DNA of 64,000 bases from the human T2T-CHM13v2.0 reference genome, Homo sapiens. Under the pieces are notes generated by a model that was not told where the DNA came from, did not search any database, and saw only the letters and a list, made by a program, of their open reading frames with translations. How positions within the stretch are numbered: position 1 is the first letter of the stretch; each line of letters begins with the position of its first letter. Where the stretch lies: assembly GCF_009914755.1 (NCBI RefSeq), contig NC_060938.1; one strand, written 5' to 3'. This document shows, piece by piece, positions 23,993 through 42,619 of the stretch. Both the position numbers and the translations under genes were made by a program.

Positions 23993-24613
23993 CCGGTAAA
24001 TTCTGCTGAGGGAAGCTGTGGGAGTTGATAATCGGGACCCTGAGTGGAGTGGGAAACGTCTGGAGCTGCATATACGGAGAGGCGGTAGAGTCAACTAGGG
24101 ATGAAAACGAGGAATTAAAAAAAAAAAAAAGACTGATCTGGAGGGTCCACCAAGGAATTTCCTTGTAACGGGTAACAGCTGTAATATGACATGTTGAAGT
24201 ATTAACACTGATGACTGCTGTCTACATTATTTTCCATGTGCATGAATTGAGTAGTTACAGGGAAAAAGCGAACTGCCTGTTCCAAACGGCTTACACAGAT
24301 GAACTGAAGCGAAGAAGAAAAATGAACTTTCTTTTGATGTCAACAAGATAGAGTATCATTTACTGTTGAAGCCAGGTTATACTGATTATTTTCGATCTGG
24401 TAGTTAACTTTATCATCATTACATTTGGCTGAGTCATTCCTGGGCCCTAAGTAGAGACGGCTAGAATTACCACGTGAGTAAAACATTATAATATCAAAAT
24501 AATTAGATTGGCCACAAAAACTACCACGGAAAGATACTGCGTAGCAAAAACGTTGGCAGCAAGTTCCAAAGCCTTGGCGAGGACAAGCAAGGAGCGCGCG
24601 CGTGCAGCCATAC

Positions 24614-24695
24614 CTGGGGCCCGCCCAGCGCAGCCGAGCGCGCGGAGAAAGGCCAGCAGCAGCCCCGCTCCCGCCAGGCGGGCGGACGCCGGCAT
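24614..24695 (-). CDS. ACYP1: Putative ACYP1 upstream alternative first exon, coding part (N-terminal extension; 129-aa isoform)
   Basis: ATG at 24695 with A at -3; donor CAG|GTATGG at 24614/24613. 82 nt plus the 8-nt exon-2 UTR make 30 codons in frame with the ACYP1 ATG. Confidence 0.7.
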
Positions 24696-25049
24696 CCTGC
24701 GGCGGAAGCACGCGGAGGCACAGCCAGGGCCTCCGCCCTTTGCCAGACAAGGGCACACCCCAAGGTCTGGGAGCGTCGTTCTCAGAAAAGTACAAGTTCT
24801 TCTTTGAAGGAGCTCCAGAAAAGCCTCTCCCGCCCCTCCCCGGCTCCCCAAGGGCAGGGCTGGACCGAGCTGCAGAGTTGGCCGGACACTGACTGGGTCA
24901 AGTGACCTTGGGCTGACCGCACCCCCACCCCCGGTCGCCCCGGGTCGCTGGTGCACTGCGCCTGCGCGCGTCTCCCCGAGGAGTTCGCGGCGAGGGGCGG
25001 AGCTTGGCGCGCCAGTGCCTCGGTTTCCAGGCACCGGGAATAACAGAAG

Positions 25050-25153
25050 CCAGCTGAGAGCGCCTGCGCGGCTGTCGGTTGATGGGGAGGTCAGGTCTGG
25101 GAAACTAGGCCCTGGGGTTTTCCCTGAGCAGGAGCGGTGCCCGAGGGCCTCAG
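25050..25153 (+). other. ZC2HC1C: ZC2HC1C non-coding exon 1 (5' end approximate)
   Basis: Donor CAG|GTACGC at 25153/25154 in the CpG island, upstream of the acceptor cccgtag| at 25958. Confidence 0.6.
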
Positions 25154-25977
25154 GTACGCAGAAGGGCGGGGAGACATGGGATCAGCACCTCCACCTCCTA
25201 AGGGACCGAAGGGCAGGAGAGCGAGAGGACTTGTCCCCAGAGGTGGAGTCCGAAGTGGGGGCGCCCCAGTTGACCCTTCGGGACAAAACGTGACTTCAGC
25301 CTTAAGGATCTAAAACCGGCCGCGGTCAGGTCAGGTGGCCCTCAACGCTCAGGTTACAAAACTTTTACAGTCTGCGCCACGGGGACTCCTGGGATGAGGG
25401 TTTGACAGCCAGGCACCTGCTCCAGGCCCTAGCAGCTTTTGTGCTCTTTGGAATCAAGCACGGTTCCAGCAGGAGGGAAGCCCTGAGAGTTCTTTGTGCC
25501 AGTCACTACCTCTGGGCCACAGCTTTCTCACCTGTAAAATGGTGAGGCTGGACTCTGCGGGAACCCTTCAGTTTACAGGGGAAGAAACGGGGGCCAGCAA
25601 GGGAGAAGTCGCTTGTCCTGTTACAGGCCTAGAACCTGACTTTCTAGTCAGGTGCTCTTTCCACCTACTATAGAGTATACTGTGCGTGGCAGAGGCTGGT
25701 GCTGGAGGAAAGGAAAGCTAGGTGGCAGGAACACCTGTAGCACCTTCGTTTTTCTACCCTCAGGGCCTAACACAGTGTCTTGTGCATAATCACTCACCAA
25801 ATGGTTTTTGAAGGGAAGCTTTGGCAGGTCCAGCAACACTGTCCCCAGAAAAGTTTAAGGGAATGTGGGCAGGGCAAATGTAGAAATAGTTTGCTTTAGC
25901 AGCCGAGAGTGAACCTCAGACAAACTCTTCCCGTGTATCTGGTTTAAATCTCCCGTAGGCGTCAGTCCAGGCCCTGA

Positions 25978-27315
25978 ATGGCTGGTCTCCAGCGGTTGGC
26001 GTCACATCTGCCTGTGGGCGTTATGCTCCCACATAATACAACGGAAGCTCCAGGGCCCCACTCAGCCAAGCAAGACTCTTATGAACAAGGTGACTCTTCC
26101 CAGCAGTCCTTGAAGGGGCACCTGAGGAACAATTTCCAGAAGCAGCTTTTGAGCAACAAAGAGTTGATTCTGGATAAAGTCTATACTCACCCCAAATGGA
26201 ACACCCAAACAAAAGCCCGGAGCTACTCCTATCCCCACTGTACTGGAATCAGCCAGCAAGATCCAGAAAGTGATTCCCAGGGCCAAGGAAATGGTTTGTT
26301 TTACTCGTCAGGCCCTCAATCCTGGTATCCCAAAGCCAATAACCAGGACTTTATCCCCTTTACAAAGAAACGAGTTGGAGTGGACCGGGCGTTCCCATTG
26401 AAACCCATGGTCCACAGGAAGTCGTGCAGTACAGGTGAGGCTGGCACTGATGGGGACCATAATGTCTACCCAAGGCCCCCTGAGCCGAGAGAGTTTTCAT
26501 CTAGGAACTTTGGTGTGAGGAACCAGGGCAACTTTTCTGTGGTTGGTACTGTTCTTGCTGCCACGCAGGCGGAGAAGGCCGTGGCAAACTTTGACAGGAC
26601 GGAGTGGGTGCAGATCCGAAGACTAGAAGCTGCAGGGGAGAGCTTAGAGGAGGAAATCCGAAGAAAGCAGATTCTCCTGAGGGGAAAGCTGAAGAAGACA
26701 GAGGAGGAACTCAGAAGGATCCAGACGCAAAAGGAACAGGCCAAGGAAAATGAAAACGGAGAGCTACAGAAAATTATACTCCCCAGGAGCAGAGTTAAAG
26801 GTAATAAAAGCAACACCATGTACAAACCTATCTTCTCCCCAGAATTTGAGTTTGAGGAAGAATTTAGTAGAGACAGGAGAGAGGATGAAACTTGGGGACG
26901 GTCTCAACAAAATTCAGTTCCATTCCAGTTCTCTGATTATAGAATCCAGAGGCTCAAAAGGGAAAGGCTGGTAGCAAGCAATAATAAAATTCGAGACCCA
27001 GTCTCAGAGCCATCGGTGGAGAAATTCTCCCCGCCTTCAGAAACACCAGTCGGTGCTTTGCAGGGATCCGCCAGAAATTCCAGCCTGTCCATGGCACCAG
27101 ACTCCTCAGGTTCCAGCGGCTCCATTGAAGAGCCACAGCTGGGTGAGTGCAGCCACTGTGGGCGCAAATTCCTCTCGTTCAGGCTGGAGAGACACTCCAA
27201 CATCTGCAGCAGGATGCGGGGTTCCAAGAGGAAAGTGTTTGACTCCTCCAGGGCCCGGGCTAAGGGCACAGAACTAGAGCAGTACTTGAACTGGAAGGGG
27301 CCAGCTTCAGCCAAG
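25978..27315 (+). CDS. ZC2HC1C: ZC2HC1C (FAM164C/C14orf140) exon 2 coding part, aa 1-446: coiled coil and C2HC zinc finger
   Basis: Long ORF MAGLQRLASHLP...; charged coiled-coil segment; CSHCGRKFLSFRLERHSNIC (CX2CX11HX3C); phase-0 donor AAG|GTAACA at 27315/27316. Confidence 0.95.
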
Positions 27316-29306
27316 GTAACAAGAGCCTTATGGATGTGACTTGGTGTGGTGATCATTGTAGGGGTCTGTTTTGTCATCATCAGTTTTCTTTAGGGAAAAT
27401 TCATGTGTCATGTAGGAAGAATTGACGTCTAGAATTAACATTTCTTGATTACTACTGTATGCCAGCATTGTGACGGGAGCTTTTCATGTGATCTCCACAT
27501 TATCTCTCATTGTATCAGTTCAAAAATCAAGACTTGGACAGGCTAAGTAACTTGCTTGAGGTCACAAACAGCTTTAAGTGGCAGAGTCGGCATATAAATC
27601 TTGGTTGGAATGACTAAAAAATCTAGACATAGAATTTGTGTCCTTTGGATTATAAAAGTAATAAAAGTTTACTGTAGAAAATTTAAAAGACACAAAAAAT
27701 CTAAAGAAAAAAATGCAGCCTTTTGTCACCTGGAGAGAACTCCTCACTCTTTGCAATGTATTCTGCCACTTCCCAAGACTAGGATCTGTGACCATTCCTT
27801 TAACTATTCACTCTTTTAAGGTTAGCTCAGTGTTAACATAGCTTCTTAGTAAATAGATGAAACACAATTAAGTTTGGAATTCTTTTTCTGCCCATTTAGA
27901 ATGTAAACACCTTGAAGGTAAAAAGGACTTTCTTTCTGGTTATCTTACAAACCATGCCCTTGCCAATTATTTCTCACTTTAGAAAAACCAGGTTGGAAAA
28001 AGTAAGGGTTTCGTGACACTTACATGATAAATTTAGGTGAACTTCATAGGCACATTTGGACATATCTGGAGAAGATTGTCTCATAAATGAATGACATGTC
28101 AAGGTTGTGCCACTTGGTTTATAAAATGGTTATTTCTCAAGGTGTGGCATGCTGACAAACTTTATTTTAGTAGTTTTAGTGTTTAGTGTTGTATTAGAAA
28201 AATTGATTCGTCGTTTAGTGTTATATTAGGAAAATATAACAATATATTAAGCCCCTGATTTCCAGGGATCATGAATTTACAGAAAAATATTAATTAGTTG
28301 TAAGGATGAAGTGAAAGTGCAGATGATTGAAGTTTGGGAAAGCGTAGATCATATGATCTCAGAGGCCCCATCTAGTTCTAATATTCCAGAAGAATAAGAG
28401 AGTGTCATTCTGTTTTCATTTCTTCCCAACCCTCCCTCCGCTGTGCTGGCACCTCTTGTCCATTGGCACTTTACAGTTTCTGTGTATTTGCTGGAGCCTT
28501 TAAAAACTCACATTTATATGATGGTTGTTAGAAGAAATTGTTTACAATTAGAGTTCTTTCTTTTAGTAGTTTGGAGAAATCACAAGGAAGTCCCATCCAT
28601 GTTCAGAGATCATCTCCCTGAAATCTAGTTTCCAAAGAAGAAATCAGCATTTTGCTCTTGCAGATAATAATATGATCACCACTTACTGTTTTTTCCTGTT
28701 TTCTTTCAGTTCAACCCAGTAATCCACTGGGAATTCACTCTATGTCCCACTGTAGCGATTTATTTTTGGCCAGAGCCTAAAAGAATCTTGTGTTTCTTAA
28801 ATTCGTAAATACAGTTACGGTGAAGCAAAATAATTAGGTTCCTGAGATCAGATGCTCCAGCTTTATGGCAACTAGTTTGTGGGAATGTGTGACATTGAGG
28901 ACACCAAGACAGAAGGGACCTAGACTAAGATGCACCTGCACCACCCTGGTAATGTCTCAAATCTTATTCCACAGTGCTGTGCCTTTGGAAGCTGAGTGGT
29001 TGTACCTTCCTGTCATTCCTCTAGAGTACTCAAGAACAGGTGATTTTCCTGGTATCCTTTAATCTTCACGTAACTCCCAGCAGACGTACACCCTGTCTCT
29101 CTCCTGGACTGTAAGCATTTTTGAGGACAGGGAACATATTTTGTGCTTTGTGCTTAATAAGTGTTAACTGAATAGAATTTCAGTACAATGAGGAATAAAA
29201 TTATAGGAATTAGAGTATAAGAAGTAAATTACTAAAGGATCTCATATACTTGAGGAACTTTCCCCTGATCAAATTCTTTGAGAGGAACTTTCCCCTGATC
29301 AAATTC

Positions 29307-31971
<2,665 letters not shown>

Positions 31972-32931
31972 TCTATTTAAATAATTTTTATTTTTAGCTA
32001 TCAAAGTTTTAATTTACAATAGTTCTTTCTGGTTCTCTGGTTGTCTTTTTTTCACAGTATACTCTTCTTGTTTTATGGACACAATCTCTTCTAATACTCA
32101 TTTTGTTGATATGGTCTCATGTTAAAAAAAAGTTTTCTTCTGCCACCTGCCTTGTTGCTGCCTCCTTTTTGTTTGTGGACTTTTTGGCTCTTTTTCTTGT
32201 TAGAGCTTTTAGCAAATATCTGATGATTCCTGGCTGTCCTTTCATATTTAAGCTTAAGTGGGGCTCATTGACTAAGGATCTTCATATTAAGGTTCCCAGA
32301 TAGTGAGTCTTTTAATTAGCGTTTCCCAAGGTCAGTATCTGAAGGCTTTTCTCTGGACTGTTCTGTGTATCCAGAGTACCCCTCTTTTTCCTATGAGGAT
32401 GCCAATATGCTTGGTACTCTGGGGGCTGAGTGGGGGAAGGAGGCTGACAGTTCGATAATTTGGTATGTACACTTGTACTTAATCCCCATTTTCAGCCCCA
32501 AGATTAACCCAGTTCCACGTGTCTAGATTTCCTGAGTCAGAAATCTGTGTGGTTCAATTTCTCCAGAGAATAAATCCTTGCTCTTCTGTGAGTGTGCTTG
32601 GGTGTTGAACACTTGGATGCATAAGGTGGGAGGAGCCGTGGGGTCCTACTTGTTTTCAGTCCTGTACCTCCTTACCTTCCACTATCGGGTACTTCCAAGC
32701 ACTGAACCTCTCAGGTTCTGTTGGGAAAGTGGCTTGCCTCTCAGCAGTACCTCCTTTGCAGGCCCTTGGTTTGCCTCAACGCTGGCAAGTCAGTTACTGC
32801 TGTTGCTCCTTTCCTGTTCTCTTTGACCTTGCAGATTAGTACCCTTTTCATTTTCTTACTGTTATTCTACAAGAGACTCAGGAAGAAGATAGGTGCCAAC
32901 TTGAATGATCAGTCTCCCTTTTACATTACAG

Positions 32932-32964
32932 GCTGAACCTCCTCAGAAGAGCAACTGGAGATAG
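32932..32964 (+). CDS. ZC2HC1C: ZC2HC1C last exon coding part AEPPQKSNWR* (protein 456 aa)
   Basis: Acceptor cttttacattacag|GCT at 32931/32932; TAG at 32962-32964; 446+10 = 456 aa. Confidence 0.92.
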   Translation, partial: AEPPQKSNWR

Positions 32965-33195
32965 AAGCATGAATCTTTTATCCATACGTTCCGCCAGGCT
33001 CGAGAGGTCCAGCAGGTAACTGCCAAAGGTGGAAACTGTTCACACTTGCCTCCCATCCTGCCTGCAGAAAACCCAGACTGCATTCAGTGTCCTCAGTGTA
33101 GCCACCACTTTGCTCCCAAGGTGGCTGAGCAACACATTCCCAAGTGTAAGACCATCAAGAACTGTCATCCACCTCTAAGGAAGCATTATAGTTGA
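32965..33195 (+). pseudogene. ZC2HC1C: Fossil C-terminal coding sequence of ZC2HC1C (second C2HC zinc finger) now in the 3'UTR
   Basis: 76 uninterrupted in-frame codons after the TAG, containing CPQCSHHFAPKVAEQHIPKC; ends at TGA 33193-33195. Confidence 0.9.
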
Positions 33196-33800
33196 GCAGA
33201 CAACAATGGAAACTTTTGGATAGTTCAGAAAGCTCTGCTTCTCTTCAGCAGTAAATGGGAGTAGAATTTGATGCAAAGCAGAAAGAAATCAAACAGCTCC
33301 CAGATCTGCCTGCAGAGCTAAAATCTGTGAGGAGAGAGCCACTGCTAAGCAGCAGGAGGCAGAAGGAAGCCCCAGCTTCCCACTAAATTACAACCTTGGG
33401 CTGGTATGCTTTATGTTATTGCCCTCAGAATTGATGGGTGAAGACACTGAAGAGTCATGAGCAGGCTCCATTAAAGCTCTTTTCTTGCATGCCTGACTTG
33501 TGGTTTGTGCTAGTTAAGTGCCTGCATCTGGTTCTGCCTTCTTGTCACTGCATGTATGTTCAGAGTTCCTGTTAACTCTTGCTTTTGTAGAAGCTGGAGT
33601 TATTAGGATGTGTTGGTGTCAGAGGGGCATGATCACCCAGATAGTAACTCTTATAAAAGATAATACAATTTTGCTATAAGGCATTATTAATGGAAATCTA
33701 TCCTTGGTCTCCCTGGTGCATGAGCCTGGCCAAAACCCAATACAAGTATGTAAGGTTAAGGCACCAATGTCTCCTAAACCTTCCCTATGGTGTACTGTGT

Positions 33801-33806
33801 AATAAA
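33801..33806 (+). terminator. ZC2HC1C: ZC2HC1C polyadenylation signal AATAAA
   Basis: Canonical hexamer about 840 nt after the stop, preceded by TGTA motifs. Confidence 0.65.
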
Positions 33807-35448
33807 GGAAAGATCTTTATGTACTTTACAGGGTAGGGATGGGTGTTGGGGGGGAAACACATTATACTTCTCTCTACTTGTTCTTTTCTAATGGGTTTCA
33901 TATGTTAAGAAAGAAACCTCCATTTTAGCTGTTAGTAGCACTCTACTTTCAAATCGGTTTGGCTAAATGACTGTTTAGAGGCAGCAAAATCTACCATCAA
34001 AGCAAGCTGAGACAGGCTGGTCATGGTGGCTCATTCCTATAATCCCAGCACTTTGGGAGGCTGAAGTGGGAGGATTGCTTGAGGCCAGGAGTTCAAGAGC
34101 GGCCTCGACAACAAAGCAAGACCCCATCTCAAAACAAAACAAAGCTGGGACACTGCACAGTGTCACATGCCCTTGGCAATTATAGCATAGTCAACTTCTA
34201 TTTCAGAGAGTAAACTTTGAAGGGAAAGGGATCAAATCTTTTTAATTTTCTCTGTGTAGAATATTGCCTAGCACAAGTTAGACCTTCAATTAGTGAGGTC
34301 TGGAGATTTAAAATTAAACAAGAAGATGAGTGAGTCCTACACTAGTGAAATCAGAGAACTGATAAGTTAATGTCTGCGAGAGTATTATCAGTTCAGATAG
34401 GAGTGAAGTTAGCACAACAGATAGAAATCTTAGGATTACTGTTCTGTATTACTCAAATTGTTAGTTTAAAATACTGGAGAAAAACTGCTCAATTTGAGCT
34501 AGTCAACAGGGCTAGACAGACAACAAAATCCTATTTTACTAAGTAACAAATGGCCACTCACTCTTGCTCCATTTCCACTGCACTCCAGCCTGGTGACCTA
34601 GTGAGACTCCATCTCAAAAAAAAAAAAAAAAAAAGAAAAAAAAATTGGGCTAACAGATCAGACCAATTTGAAATGTGAGTTAAGGCTTTAGCGGTGAAGC
34701 TGCAGGACACAGGCTGGGAAAAAATCCTATATATTTAAATAGGAGCACACATTTCTTTGCACTCTTTTTAATTGTTCCAAAGGAAAGGAGGTATCACATA
34801 ATAAAGCTTTATGGTTAGCCCCTTAAGGAAACCTCACACAGAGATAATGGATATTTAACCTAATAGGTACATTCCCTAGGCAAGTTCAATGAAATGTACA
34901 CTTTAAGTGGGAATGTAAACCAGTACATTGCAATAGATGGCAAGAATAAGCTGTGGCCAAGGTCACAAAATGGCAACATGTGGATTGCTTTGCTCCACAG
35001 ATGTTTTATTTCGCTGGCCTAGCATTCATAATATGATCTGACATTTAAAAACTGGGATATGGAACATCTCTTGAAAAACTGGAAGTTCTGGAAACACTGG
35101 GCCAGCAACCCGCATGGCACAAATTGGGTGGGGTTTAGAATCAGATGCTCCTCCAGATGGGAATGGTAGCACCAGACCACTGCAGTCTCACTTGGCCTGC
35201 TTCACTTCTTTACCTTATCTGCCTGGTACCACAGGCACTTGGATTTGGGATTGCTGGATGTTAGTAAGGTCATAGATCTGGGCCCTCCAGAGAGAACAAA
35301 TTGTTGTTATATGTGGGGAGTGCTTTCTAAAAAGGAAGCAGTTGTTTGCTCTCATTTTGCTAAAGAAATAAAACAATAGTCAATGCCTTAAGTGTTCCCT
35401 TTAATCTCTACATGTTTAGGCCTTGGTTATATTAGAAATATCTTTCAA

Positions 35449-36638
<1,190 letters not shown>

Positions 36639-37530
36639 CGAGACAGTATTTCTTAACAGCAATGTATGTAATGCAGCACAGCACCTTCTGGCCAATGTTT
36701 GCTTTCATTATCAATTTATCACTCTCCACAGCTACACAGGTGGTAACAGAGATGTGACATAGTGGAGTTTTTCTCCCTAATGTTCATCATTCTGTGAGGT
36801 TTAATGATCAGCGTGTTTATTTCCACAGTTAATCATTGAAACAATAAATGATTTTTGGCTTTGCAGCAGTTAGGAACATGTTTTATAGTCCTGATTATAG
36901 CCCACTCTGCCCTGACCATCATGAATACTTTTTTGGAGGTTTAGGGATTTCATGTGAATGAATTTATTTAAAATGTATTCTTGCCCCTGAATTGTTCTAT
37001 TATGAATGTTTGTGAACATATGGCAAGTGAAATGAAATTTTTTAGTGTACTTTTGCTTTAAACTTCAGTGAAATGCTCAGCCAAGAGAAGTTGTAACTTG
37101 GCTGTGCTATGCCAGGGAGACCAAATTCAGTTCAATCTCTTTGAAGGAAAAGTTTTACAAACCATAAACTGGCATTATCACTTGGAAAGGCCCCCACTGA
37201 GACTGAGGAGGTAGGTACAAGAAAGGATCATCCTTCTTTTAGTGGCTCATTTTTTCCCTCCCTCTGCACTTTCGGCACTTTTAGACATTTTTGGGAAAAA
37301 AGCTGTAGCAGCAGCAATGATTCTGCTGGCAAGAATAAGAAACTGGAGAGAAGCAAAGAATATTTCTGTGCAGATGTCCCTTGCATTGTTTCTGTTCCAA
37401 GAACATTATTTATATAAAGACTCACAGAATCAAAGATTCACGGAGGCCTAGAATCTGGATGTTTTATCCCCAGAGACTAAGGTCCATGCACAGGCTTACT
37501 GAAGCACAGTACTGATTAAGAGCTTAAATG

Positions 37531-37536
37531 TTTATT
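37531..37536 (-). terminator. NEK9: NEK9 proximal polyadenylation signal AATAAA (about 2.4-kb 3'UTR)
   Basis: tttatt on the + strand at the end of a repeat-poor UTR-like stretch. Further distal candidates lie at 35005-35010 (AATAAA) and 34767-34772 (ATTAAA). Confidence 0.6.
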
Positions 37537-39958
37537 TAAAACAGAAATGCCAAACCACTCCACTCTCAACCTTTCAAGCAACCTGGCTAACAATAAACTA
37601 GTTCTTCTGCAACAATGTTAGAGCAGAGGAGTAACTCAGGTTATACTGTAACTCAAAAGCAATACTACTAGAAAACTTAAAACACCTAGCACTGCATAAA
37701 GAAAAAAAGCAGGACAAAATTTAAAGAGAATTAGCTACAGAAAACCATTCAAAGGCATTTCTACTGCCTCATCTTTTACTCCATCCCCCTTTGAACTGGT
37801 TTCTGTTTGCATACTTGTTTGGTGGGAAAAAAAATCATATGGCTGTCCCAGGCACAATATGGGAAAGTGCAAACTGTCTCTAAGGCACAGAACTTAGATT
37901 CTCAGCCAGATTAATAGCAAATCTAGACTTCCCAAGGGAATATGCTAGAGAAAATGACCACAGCGTTCCACTGCTAGGGAAAGGCTCCCCTATGAACAAG
38001 ACCAGGGCACTCACCCACCCCCGGCACTCACTTTCACCCCACCTTCTCAGCAACCTGCCCACGTCCATCAGCTCCATGGCAGAAGCAATCCTCATGATGA
38101 ACACCCAAACTGACCCAGCCTCTCAGGCCTGCTGAGATGATGAGCATGAGGATACAGGGACATGACAGGTCAATCGGTCCTCAAGAAAATCAAAGTTGCA
38201 TTTACATGCTGAACCAAAACCCACTGTTACAGTTTATGACAACCCCCGCAAGTCCCCAGAACTTGCAACTTTAATCAAAGTTTGGCTGCTTCCCTTATTT
38301 CAAGAAAAGGTTTCAGTGATTACATTAGTACTAATGTACTAGGCTTCCCAGAACTGAGAAAACAATGGGAACATCAAACCAAAGAAGATCCCATTGAACA
38401 GAGTTGCCTGTCCCGAGCAATGGGGTTCTCCCCAAGCATCAGCCTTTATGCCACCAGTTTTGGAGAAATGGCAAAATTTCCATTGCACAAGACCTCCCAC
38501 AATGTTGATAAGATTATCAAACATTTTGGTCTGGGGAAGATGAAACAAAATTAATTTAGCTGTTTATAGGAAGGTGGGATGTGAGACTCATCAAAGGTAG
38601 GATGTGTGACACAAAATACCACAGGAACATTTTACAAGGCTAGGTGGAAATACAAAGCTCACATCCTTAAGGAAACCATCAAATACTTGCCTAGAACTTT
38701 CTATATGAAGTTTTGTTCTTCTATGACACTATTTCTCTTTGGTAAAGCTAGCTTGTTTCTATCTACAAAGACACAGTGAGTACAGGATTAGAAGTGAGCT
38801 CTCAGCCAAATTCCTTTTGCAAGTTCTACCTGTTCTGTTAGGCTTCAGGGACTCCCAGGGTTTGGTGCTGGCTTTGGGCCACTCAGGTAGGAAAAATGAT
38901 ACAGATTCATTCGTTACCACATGGCTTCATAAAACACCAAAAGGGGAAAAATACTGACTAGACATTCAGAAAGAAAGTGGTTGGGGCTGCTGATATCAAG
39001 ATCAGAACCCTAAGAGCCATGAAGGCAGAGGCTCAAAGAAGTCTTTTCATGGGCAGAAGACTGAGAGCCCTCTAAGCCCTCTCTAAGATACCAAGTAGAG
39101 GCAGCTAAAGGAGGACCTCTTCTCCTTCATGATTTTCTCTTAAGGCTATTCTGACTGCCCCATGGACTCAATTCTCTGAGACACCTCATCCCTCAGAGAC
39201 ACCTCATCCCCTCATCCACAGTTAGGAAATCCCACCCTGCATTGGTCACAGCCTGAAACACCAGCTGTGTGATGATGAGGGTCCTGCCCTTTCTCTATTC
39301 CTCACTGAAGAAATTTCAATCAACCCTCAGAGGAAAAGCAACCTAAGCCTACCTTTCCTCCTAAAGCATTTAGCTGCACAGAGTAACTGAACTTTTTCGA
39401 AACAAGCCCTAGATTGACTCCATCAGACATATTTTCCTGGACTCAGGGCTCCCAAGAGGGCCAGACTACTTCACCACTCTGCAGAGGACACTGGGCGGGC
39501 CACACCTGATTCCAGCCCACTCCAACTTTACACTTCTCCCTCTCCCACCCAGAGGGGTAATGCCTGGTACTGAATTCCCAAGGCAGCTTCCAATCAATGG
39601 TGAAAATGATACATGGGATATAAGCTGCTACCAGCGCAATTAAGGTGAGCACTGTGTCTCCTCTTCAAAGGTGGGATCAACAGATGAGGTACAGAGCTGC
39701 TGTTGCTATGGCAGTCACTGATGACAAAGCCAGGGCCATGGGGGCCCTTCCATTCTCCAAAACAATAAAATCACTCCTAGATCCTATCTAAAAGGCAATG
39801 CCACTCTCCAAATGTACAAGGAAAGTGCTTCAGAGCCTCTGCCTTGCGCTCCTTTTCTGCAAGTGAACAAAGCCAGGAAAGCTGCTCTCTGCATTCGGTA
39901 AGTGTGCTGTGAAGTTCTTTGGGTCCCAGTCTCCTGGGGGCTCTATAGGCTCAGGAGA

Positions 39959-40081
39959 CTAGAGGCTGGGTCTACAGGAGTCTGTTCCCAGGAGGCACCA
40001 GGAATCTGAATCTAAGTCAGGCTTTGGATCCATTTCCATCTCTTCCTTTGCTGTCTGAGTTCCTTTGGAATGCATCCCCAC
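39959..40081 (-). CDS. NEK9: NEK9 last exon coding part (aa 940-979)
   Basis: [40 protein letters not shown], with the LC8-binding KGTQT and LIR-type WCLL motifs; acceptor AG at 40083-40082. Confidence 0.96.
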   Translation of the reverse strand: MGMHSKGTQTAKEEMEMDPKPDLDSDSWCLLGTDSCRPSL

Positions 40082-40414
40082 CTGTCCGGATAAAACACGG
40101 TTCCACATTAGCAACAGTGCCACCTAGTCACAGCAGTAGTTCAGTACTATATTTTCAATGCCAACTTCTAAGGCATTGGCTAAGGCGTGGCTAAGGATTT
40201 GTAGCCACGATCTTGTGAGACGCTCATGGCACTATTTTAGATACAGTCCATACCTTTATATTTACTGCAGGTAGGGTGACCAACTATCCAGGTTTGTCCA
40301 GGACTGCGGGGTTTCCTGGGATGCAGAACTCTTAGTTTTAAAATGGAAAAAGTCCTGGGCAAAACAATCTTCTCCCTGCTATAGCTGCCAATCTTACCTT
40401 GTGTGTGTGTGTGT

Positions 40415-42326
<1,912 letters not shown>

Positions 42327-42388
42327 CTATTTCAGTACTTCGTGTTTTGTTTCTGTGATTCTTCAAAACAGGCTTAGAAATTGGATTA

Positions 42389-42619
<231 letters not shown>

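Larger units (their letters stand above)
24590..25330. promoter_or_regulatory. CpG island, likely bidirectional promoter (ZC2HC1C + / ACYP1 upstream exon -)
   Basis: High CpG density, GC boxes (about 24829 and 24994), outward-facing splice donors at 24613 (-) and 25154 (+). Confidence 0.8.

Noticed and set aside
24340-25293. Several overlapping 80-180 aa ORFs in the ZC2HC1C island
   Set aside because: Expected in GC-rich DNA, mostly non-ATG starts, no recognisable domains; only 24695-24614 has splice and frame support.
27316-27339. C-terminus VTRALWM of the 453-aa track ORF
   Set aside because: Intronic read-through past the strong AAG|GTAACA donor.
26466-27380. Antisense ORFs (119 and 147 aa) over ZC2HC1C exon 2
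   Set aside because: Shadow frames of the sense coding sequence.
39176-39218. Short tandem duplication gagacacctcatccc in the NEK9 3'UTR
   Set aside because: Ordinary slippage-type micro-duplication with no evident function.
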